NCBI GenBank assembly: GCA_043739185.1 | Contig: JAYUEN010000429.1 | Location: 1 to 10,939 of the forward strand | Reading direction: 5' to 3' | Length of the DNA: 10,939 nucleotides | DNA from: Bdellovibrionales bacterium | Lineage (GTDB): Bacteria; Bdellovibrionota; Bdellovibrionia; Bdellovibrionales; JAMPXM01 | Shown here: positions 1 through 6,193 of the stretch, in pieces | Position numbering within the stretch: position 1 is the first letter of the stretch | How the letters are laid out: each line of letters begins with the position of its first letter | Made by a program: the position numbers and the translations under genes | Notes under the pieces: generated by a model | Database searches by the model: none | What the model saw: the letters and a program-made list of their open reading frames with translations, nothing else | Told to the model about the DNA's origin: nothing

Positions 1-4
1 ATCT

Positions 5-66
5 TAAATTTTTCGCAAAAAATGCTCGAATAATTTAGGACAAAATACTTTCGGCCGAAAAATTTA
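5..66. repeat. Three copies of CGAAWAATTTA (one inverted) plus a 12-bp palindrome; candidate operator array
   Basis: TAAATTTTTCG 5-15 (inverted), CGAATAATTTA 27-37, CGAAAAATTTA 56-66; TTTCGGCCGAAA 49-60. Confidence 0.45.
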
Positions 67-111
67 GATGACGCGACTCTGATGAAATATCCGGGTTAAA
101 GTTTTAAAGGC

Positions 112-140
112 TTGCAATAACTTTTCTGGCGAAATAAAGT
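112..140 (+). promoter_or_regulatory. Putative sigma70 promoter of the ligase operon
   Basis: TTGCAA (112-117), 17-nt spacer, TAAAGT (135-140). The -10 element ends 6 nt before the ATG at 147. Confidence 0.5.
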
Positions 141-146
141 TTTAGG

Positions 147-1769
147 ATGCCAAATTCGACGGGATATTTAAATGGAATTCTACTTCACGATCTCATTTTA
201 GATTCGGCACAGCAGTACCCTACTTCGGTCGCGCTGGTTTATGACAAAAATCAATGGACCTACCAGGAGTTATCAACACAAGTAAAAGATGTTTCAGAGA
301 GTCTAGCTGGTCTTGGCCTGCAAAGAATGGATCGGGTTGGCATTTATTTGGAAAAGTGTTTTGAATTTGTCGTATCCGCTTTTGCGGTCTCCTGCGCGGG
401 TGGAGTTTTTGTACCGATAAATCATATATTAAAGGGTGCCCAGATACAGCATATACTGAACGATTGCCAAGTAACTATTTTAGTAACTTCCGCGGAGCGG
501 TTTCCTTTGATTGAATCTATTATACCTCAATGCCCTCATCTAAAAACAATAATAATAAAAGGCGAAAAAGAGTTAAGCCCTACCCAATTTGATAATATTA
601 TTTTATGGAAAAATCTTTTTTTTAAAAAAACAGATGTAAATATCCACCGGGTCATTGATGCTGATGTCGTTTCTATTTTTTATACTTCGGGAAGCACAGG
701 AAAACCAAAAGGAGTCGTTCTATCGCATAAAAATATGGTTGCGGGGGCAAAAAGCGTAGCTAGTTACCTAGAGAATGATGTACAAGACGTATTGATTGCG
801 GCCTTACCGCTTTCATTTGATGCTGGCTTCTCACAGTTAACAACGGCTTTTTATAAAGGTGCCAAAGTTGTTTTGACAAATTATTTGACGGCCCACGATT
901 TGATGGAATCAATTTCTCATCATAAAGTGACCGGAATGACGGCGGTTCCTCCCTTATGGATTCAGCTAGTCAATTTAAAATGGCCAAGTCACGTTGCAGA
1001 TCATTTACGTTATTTTGCAAATACAGGCGGAAAAATGCCATTTGAAATTTTGCAAAAGTTAAGATCTTTATTTCCTAAAGCAAAACCTTATTTAATGTAT
1101 GGATTGACCGAGGCCTTTCGAGCGACCTATTTAGCTCCTGAAGAAGTCGATAAAAGGCCTGATTCAATTGGTAAGTCGATTCCCAATTCTGAGGTTCTTG
1201 TACTCAATGAGGCGGGGAAAATTTGTGTGCCTGGTGAAGTTGGAGAGTTAGTACAACGAGGAGCACTTGTTTCATTGGGTTATTGGAATGATCCCGAGAA
1301 AACGACTGAGCGATTTAAAATTTTACCTTCAAATATTCCGGGTCGTCATTCCGGCCTAATTTTTTCAGAAATGGCGGTTTTCTCTGGCGATTATGTAAAA
1401 ATGGACAATGAAGGCTTTTTATATTTTATTGGTCGTAAAGATGAGATGATTAAAACATCTGGGTACAGAGTCAGCCCGAATGAGATAGAAGAAATAGTTT
1501 ATTCGATTTCAGAAGTTGCAGAGTGTGCTGCGTTCGGAGTCGAGGATAAGCAACTTGGGCAGTCGATTATTTTAATCATTTTACTTCAAGCTGAAAACAA
1601 ATCGACTGTTGAACAGATTTTATCTCAGTGTCGAAAAGTTATGCCTAGTTATATGGTTCCTTCAAAAATAGTCATTAGCGCAGAGCCATTGCCAAGAAAC
1701 CCAAACGGAAAAATTGATCGAAAGCGGCTTACCAAAGAGTTTTCTGAAGCCAAAAGTGAGATAAATTAA
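147..1769 (+). CDS. AMP-forming acyl/aminoacyl ligase (ANL adenylation superfamily; resembles 'acyl-CoA ligase, exosortase A-associated')
   Basis: 540 aa. P-loop FYTSGSTGKPKGV, LPLSFDAG, YLMYGLTEAFR, FSGD (TGD variant), GRKDEMIKTSGYRVSP, terminal catalytic Lys motif LPRNPNGKIDR. Stop codon is 2 nt before the decarboxylase ATG. Confidence 0.9.
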   Translation: MPNSTGYLNGILLHDLILDSAQQYPTSVALVYDKNQWTYQELSTQVKDVSESLAGLGLQRMDRVGIYLEKCFEFVVSAFAVSCAGGVFVPINHILKGAQIQHILNDCQVTILVTSAERFPLIESIIPQCPHLKTIIIKGEKELSPTQFDNIILWKNLFFKKTDVNIHRVIDADVVSIFYTSGSTGKPKGVVLSHKNMVAGAKSVASYLENDVQDVLIAALPLSFDAGFSQLTTAFYKGAKVVLTNYLTAHDLMESISHHKVTGMTAVPPLWIQLVNLKWPSHVADHLRYFANTGGKMPFEILQKLRSLFPKAKPYLMYGLTEAFRATYLAPEEVDKRPDSIGKSIPNSEVLVLNEAGKICVPGEVGELVQRGALVSLGYWNDPEKTTERFKILPSNIPGRHSGLIFSEMAVFSGDYVKMDNEGFLYFIGRKDEMIKTSGYRVSPNEIEEIVYSISEVAECAAFGVEDKQLGQSIILIILLQAENKSTVEQILSQCRKVMPSYMVPSKIVISAEPLPRNPNGKIDRKRLTKEFSEAKSEIN

Positions 1770-1771
1770 TC

Positions 1772-2983
1772 ATGCTATTGCAAGAATTAAAATCCAAAAA
1801 TAATGAATTAGTTTGGGCGGGGAAAACTATAGCTGAATTACATGAATTATTTGGTCGAACTCCATTATATATTTATGATCAAGAGGCCATAACCTCTCGG
1901 ATTCAAACTTTAAAAAAATTATTTCCTAAAGAAATTAAGATTCATTATGCCATAAAAGCCAATCCAATGATGGAAGTTGTGAATCATCTTGCTTTATTAG
2001 TTGATGGATTTGATGTGGCTTCTGCTGGCGAACTAAAGATTGCTCTAAGCACAAGAATGAATATTGAAAACATAAGTCTTGCGGGGCCAGGAAAAACAAA
2101 AGAAGAACTTTTGTTTGCGGCCAAATCAGGTGTCGTAATTAACCTTGAGTCGTTTCGTGAAATTGAAGAATTAGCTTTGATCCAAAATCAACATTCAATT
2201 CAGCCCAAAGTTGCAATTCGAATCAACCCTAATTTTGAACTAAAAGGATCAGGAATGAAAATGGGGGGCGGACCGAAACAATTTGGAATTGATTCTGAAA
2301 TCGTACCCGATGCTATGAAAAAAATTAAAGAATACGATTTTAATTTTTTTGGGTTTCATATTTATTCCGGATCTCAAAATTTGAATTTTAATTCTATCAT
2401 TGAATCACAAAATAAAAGTTTTGAGTTGGCATTTGAATTAAGTGAGTCCCTGGATCTGTCCTGTCGATTTATTAATTTAGGTGGCGGCTTTGGCATTCCT
2501 TATTTTTCAGAAGAAAAGCCACTTGATATCAATCCCATAGCTGAAAATTTATTTCAGATAGTTGAAAAATCAAAAAAGCTCATGCCCAAGACTGAGCTAA
2601 TCATTGAGTTGGGTCGATATTTAGTCGGCGAAGCTGGAATATATGTTTGCCAGATTATAGATAAAAAAATATCTCGAGGACGTACTTATTTGATCACCAA
2701 CGGTGGGTTAAATCACCACTTGGCTGCAACGGGAAATTTAGGTCAAATAATACGAAGACATTATCCAATCGTTATTGGAAATAAGTTACATCATTCAACA
2801 CAAGAAGAGGTTTCTATTGTAGGCCCACTCTGTACACCATTAGACACTTTTGCTGATAAAATTTTGTTACCTAAAGCAGAAGCCGGTGATTATGTTGTTT
2901 TATTTCAATCCGGAGCCTACGGCGCAACGGCTAGTCCTCAGTTATTTTTATCGCACCCGAGTGTTTTAGAGGTTTTTTTATAA
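1772..2983 (+). CDS. PLP-dependent decarboxylase, diaminopimelate/ornithine decarboxylase (fold III) family; 'exosortase A system-associated', BtrK/VinO-like
   Basis: 403 aa. Schiff-base Lys motif HYAIKANP, FDVASAGE, MKMGGGPKQFGID, GFHIYSGSQ, INLGGGFG, ELGRY, VGPLCTPLD, SGAYG. Confidence 0.9.
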   Translation: MLLQELKSKNNELVWAGKTIAELHELFGRTPLYIYDQEAITSRIQTLKKLFPKEIKIHYAIKANPMMEVVNHLALLVDGFDVASAGELKIALSTRMNIENISLAGPGKTKEELLFAAKSGVVINLESFREIEELALIQNQHSIQPKVAIRINPNFELKGSGMKMGGGPKQFGIDSEIVPDAMKKIKEYDFNFFGFHIYSGSQNLNFNSIIESQNKSFELAFELSESLDLSCRFINLGGGFGIPYFSEEKPLDINPIAENLFQIVEKSKKLMPKTELIIELGRYLVGEAGIYVCQIIDKKISRGRTYLITNGGLNHHLAATGNLGQIIRRHYPIVIGNKLHHSTQEEVSIVGPLCTPLDTFADKILLPKAEAGDYVVLFQSGAYGATASPQLFLSHPSVLEVFL

Positions 2984-2998
2984 ATTTAAGGGGAAAAA

Positions 2999-3670
2999 AT
3001 GGAGAAAGCCAGGCAACGATTTGTCGGTAGAAAAGATTTAATAATAACGCCGTTAGTAGAGATCATTTTAATCTCAATCTCAACCTCAATCGTTTGGTTA
3101 CTGTATAGATATTTGGGCCAGTTCAGAGTGCTTGAATTTATAATTATCACCTATTTTGTTTTAATGTTTCTAACGCTTCTTTTTTTAAAATTAATTCGTA
3201 CGATTTATCCCTTTAAAGAGGGTATTTTTACTGATGCAAATCAGCCCAATGACATTTATCTTTGGAATCTTTATGGGTTTCTATGTATCACAAACCTAAG
3301 TTTATTTTATCAAAACACCTTGTTGCCAATTCCATTTAGAAAATTATTTTTACAAATGTTGGGGGCTCGCATAGGAAAAGGAGTTTTTGCAATTTGTGGA
3401 CTAGTTACAGATCCACATATGGTGATTATCGAAGAAAATGTCATTTTAGGTGACGAGTGTTATATCTCACCCCATGCTGTAATTACCCTTTCTGGCGGCG
3501 ACGCACTTATTGTTAAAAGAATTGTAATGAAAAAGAATTGTATTATAGGAGCTCGAGCAATTCTACTGCCTGGAGTTATCGTTGGCGCAGGCGCGACAGT
3601 GGCGCCCAACACTGTCGTTCCTATGAACACATCAATTCCCGACGGTAGTTACTGGCCCGCTAAAGGATAA
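2999..3670 (+). CDS. Membrane-anchored hexapeptide-repeat (left-handed beta-helix) acyltransferase-like protein
   Basis: 223 aa. Two clear N-terminal hydrophobic segments, then RKLFLQMLGARIGKGV and hexapeptide repeats (IEENVILGDECYI; MKKNCIIGARAILLPGVIVGAGATVAPNTVV). AAGGGG RBS upstream of the ATG. Confidence 0.8.
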   Translation: MEKARQRFVGRKDLIITPLVEIILISISTSIVWLLYRYLGQFRVLEFIIITYFVLMFLTLLFLKLIRTIYPFKEGIFTDANQPNDIYLWNLYGFLCITNLSLFYQNTLLPIPFRKLFLQMLGARIGKGVFAICGLVTDPHMVIIEENVILGDECYISPHAVITLSGGDALIVKRIVMKKNCIIGARAILLPGVIVGAGATVAPNTVVPMNTSIPDGSYWPAKG

Positions 3671-3725
3671 GGATAAATAAAAACTCCGTTACAACTCTTG
3701 AACAAAGCCTAAGCAATTCAACGCA

Positions 3726-4931
3726 CTAAATATTTTCTTTAACTAAGCTTCTTAATTGTTTGGGGACATCAAAGCTATCGAATTCTTTTTGAATGGACCG
3801 GGCCGAATTGCGAAAGCTGTCATTTGTAGATATTTGTTGGACCGCAGCCAAAAGGCTTTCTTCTGTTATGTTCCAGTAGCGGAGCAATAGACCTGCGCCA
3901 CGTTGTTGAACGTGTGCCATATTCAGGAGTTGATCGTTATTGCATATAATGCCAATGATCGGCACCCCCCACCTGAGAGCTGAATGGCACATCGGCGAGC
4001 CTCCGTTGCAAATGACGAGCGAGATTTGCTGAAAAACGGCATCAATAGGTAAAAAGTCCGTAACGTAAATATTTTCATAGTGCGGAAGATTTATTTTTTT
4101 CCCTGATAACGCCACAATGACTTCAACATCGATTTTTGAAAGTGTTGTCAGTATCATTGGCAAAAGACTGATGTCTCCTGATGAACCTAGGCTTACAAAG
4201 ATCCGGTTTTTATTTTCCTTTAAGCTTACCCACCAGGCTGGTAGAGGAGTTGGCATTGACCAAGTGAGCGGACCTATGAAAATTTCACGATTCAATTTCT
4301 TTTTTAAAGGAATCAGATTCGGCGTATCACAAAATACAGTTACATCACCATCTGTGATGACCTGACGATAATCTTTAAAATTTAATCCAACACGAGCAAG
4401 TGATTTTCTAACGATAAAGACCATTTTAAAAAAATTAATTTTAATTATAACAGTGGCAAACGGAGCAACGAAAATCTTAAATATTTTTTCTCCAAGCAGG
4501 CGAACAATTGGCGCCTCAGGCATGGGATAATTTAATTCAATTTCAGGACTCCAATAGGCATTGGTAACATTAATATATTTGAGTTTTCTTAGGCGGCAGC
4601 TCACGGATAAGGAGTGGCGGAAGTCCCCTACAACCAAGTCCGGCTTGATCTTGTCCATGACTTGTAAATCTTCTTCCACGTGATCTGCAAAAGTGTTGGC
4701 GTCATAAATTGGTCCTGCTTGGCCAACTATTTTTGAAAATTTGATAGGATCAATACAACTTACTTCAATAAAACTGACGTCAGTTTTTGGAACCAAATTT
4801 TTAAAAGCAGCACTGCTTGCGAGGTAGACCTCATACTGATTTAGATCTAAACACTCAATCCATCGCAAAGGCCTAATAAAGTGCGCCAAGGTCACGGCAT
4901 GAGAAAAGAAAAGTATTTTTTTGCGGCCGAT
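3726..4931 (-). CDS. GT-B glycosyltransferase, GT1/MGT-like; start moved upstream of the ORF-track GTG (4895) to a probable ATC at 4931
   Basis: Motifs PDLVVGDF, IFVSLGS, VICNGGS, GVPIIGI, NNDQLLN. The frame upstream of 4895 reads (I)GRKKILFFSHAVTLAH, the typical first beta-strand leading to the catalytic His. GAGGA lies 4 nt before the ATC. The product call is firmer than the start position. Confidence 0.8.
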   Translation of the reverse strand: MGRKKILFFSHAVTLAHFIRPLRWIECLDLNQYEVYLASSAAFKNLVPKTDVSFIEVSCIDPIKFSKIVGQAGPIYDANTFADHVEEDLQVMDKIKPDLVVGDFRHSLSVSCRLRKLKYINVTNAYWSPEIELNYPMPEAPIVRLLGEKIFKIFVAPFATVIIKINFFKMVFIVRKSLARVGLNFKDYRQVITDGDVTVFCDTPNLIPLKKKLNREIFIGPLTWSMPTPLPAWWVSLKENKNRIFVSLGSSGDISLLPMILTTLSKIDVEVIVALSGKKINLPHYENIYVTDFLPIDAVFQQISLVICNGGSPMCHSALRWGVPIIGIICNNDQLLNMAHVQQRGAGLLLRYWNITEESLLAAVQQISTNDSFRNSARSIQKEFDSFDVPKQLRSLVKENI

Positions 4932-4964
4932 AACGTCCTCTGCTTCACTGTGTTCTATTAAAGG

Positions 4965-5954
4965 TTAACGACCTAACCATTTTGGACTATTCAAGAACCA
5001 ATTAATTGACTTTTCAAGTGACTGCTCAAAACTAAGCGGGAGAGTCCAGCCCATCTTCGCCATTTTTTCACCGTCAAGGGCGTATCGTAAATCATGGCCA
5101 GGGCGACTACTGTGGAAGTCCATCAATTCATATTTCAATTCTTTTTTTAATACTTTCGCAATGAACTTTGCCATCTCTAGATTGTTCACTTCCTTTTCTC
5201 CGACCACGTTGTATTTATCTTGGGTTTGACCCTTATCAACTAAAAATAAAATGGCAGCGGCCACATTTCGGGCGTGGATCCAATAGCGAGAGCCTGGTAT
5301 TTTTTTTGTAGAGTCAGAATGGATGATGACCGTTTCTCCAGCTAATACCTTGCGAATAACCAGTGGAATAAATTTTTCAAAATGCTGACGTTCTCCGAAA
5401 ATATTCATGCAGTGAGTAATGACGACGGGCAATCTGTACGTATTACCGTAGGCGAGGCATAATTCTTCGCCTCCGGCTTTTGCCGCAGCATATGGGTTCC
5501 CGGAATTGTAGCGATCCCATTCCTTGTATGCGACCCCATTGGGGGCCGGACCGAAAACTTCGTCGGTTGAAAAATAGAAGAATTTTTTTAAGTTTTTCTG
5601 AGTTCGTGCAAAATTTAGCATTTCCATTGTGCCAACAACATTGGCCATCACAAACGGGGTTGGATCATCAATGCTGCGATCGACGTGCGTTTCTGCGCCC
5701 AAATGAAAAATATAATCGACTTCGCCAATTTCCTGTTTTACCCCTGGACTTAATGGCTGGTTAAAATCAGCGGCCAGAGTCGAAACGCGACGATCATCAA
5801 AGACTTGAATATCTCTTAGTCGATCAAGACCAAGGGAGGCATAATTTAGCTTGTCCATGACCACGATGTGCCAGTCCGTTTGTTTTAAAATATGCTCGAC
5901 AAGATGATGTCCAACAAATCCGCAACCACCAGTAATTAAAATACGTTTACCCAT
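4965..5954 (-). CDS. rfbB: dTDP/NDP-glucose 4,6-dehydratase (extended SDR, RmlB/RfbB-like)
   Basis: 329 aa. TGGCGFVG Rossmann motif, DKLNYA, HLGAETHVDRSI, catalytic STDEV and YAAAK, EKFIP, RPGHDLRYALD. GAGG RBS 8 nt upstream of the ATG. Confidence 0.88.
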   Translation of the reverse strand: MGKRILITGGCGFVGHHLVEHILKQTDWHIVVMDKLNYASLGLDRLRDIQVFDDRRVSTLAADFNQPLSPGVKQEIGEVDYIFHLGAETHVDRSIDDPTPFVMANVVGTMEMLNFARTQKNLKKFFYFSTDEVFGPAPNGVAYKEWDRYNSGNPYAAAKAGGEELCLAYGNTYRLPVVITHCMNIFGERQHFEKFIPLVIRKVLAGETVIIHSDSTKKIPGSRYWIHARNVAAAILFLVDKGQTQDKYNVVGEKEVNNLEMAKFIAKVLKKELKYELMDFHSSRPGHDLRYALDGEKMAKMGWTLPLSFEQSLEKSINWFLNSPKWLGR

Positions 5955-6039
5955 AACTATCGCCTCACTTACAATTTTAAAACTGTGTTAGCAGTTGTAT
6001 CTGTCTGTCATCTGGCGCTAACCCTGCAAACTCATAGTC

Positions 6040-6068
6040 GTTATAATTTGATATTTTTCCGCCTTCAA
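6040..6068 (-). promoter_or_regulatory. Possible internal sigma70 promoter for rmlB-glycosyltransferase
   Basis: Minus strand TTGAAG (6068-6063), 17-nt spacer, TATAAC (6045-6040), inside a 239-bp intergenic gap. The -10 lacks the final T. Confidence 0.35.
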
Positions 6069-6114
6069 ATTTTTGATAGACAATCCAGCTATCCTTATTC
6101 AAGTTAAAAATGAA

Positions 6115-6134
6115 ACTTTTGTCACCACAAAAGT
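6115..6134. repeat. Perfect dyad ACTTTTGT-CACC-ACAAAAGT (weak terminator or operator)
   Basis: 8-bp inverted repeat with a 4-nt loop about 60 nt after the barrel gene stop; followed on the minus strand by TTCATTTTT. Confidence 0.45.
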
Positions 6135-6193
6135 AAACTCTAGACAAATGTCGACTGCGATCCTAGCACTGGACTTGAACAATCAGATTTTTT

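Noticed and set aside
97..120. Sigma28-like TAAAGTTT promoter
   Set aside because: No GCCGATAA-like -10 at the required spacing.
616..630. T8-A7 run as a frameshift or phase-variation site
   Set aside because: The ligase frame is intact through it, and such runs are common in this AT-rich sequence.
1772..2983. Calling the decarboxylase lysA
   Set aside because: Same fold, but MKMGGGPKQFG and GPLCTPLD (LysA typically GPxCESxD) plus coupling to the ligase point to the specialised subfamily.
3661..3725. Bidirectional terminator between the convergent LbH and GT genes; short AAGGAT tandem
   Set aside because: No GC-rich stem with a U-tract, only a weak TTGAA/TTCAA pairing; the tandem is too short to be meaningful.
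4117..4365. 82-aa + strand ORF
   Set aside because: Antisense shadow inside the glycosyltransferase; no recognisable motif.
5480..5764. 94-aa + strand ORF
   Set aside because: Antisense to the conserved core of rmlB; TTG start and non-protein-like composition.
6055..6066. ops/JUMPstart element upstream of rmlB
   Set aside because: Minus strand reads GGCGGAAA rather than GGCGGTAG, and it falls within the putative promoter spacer.
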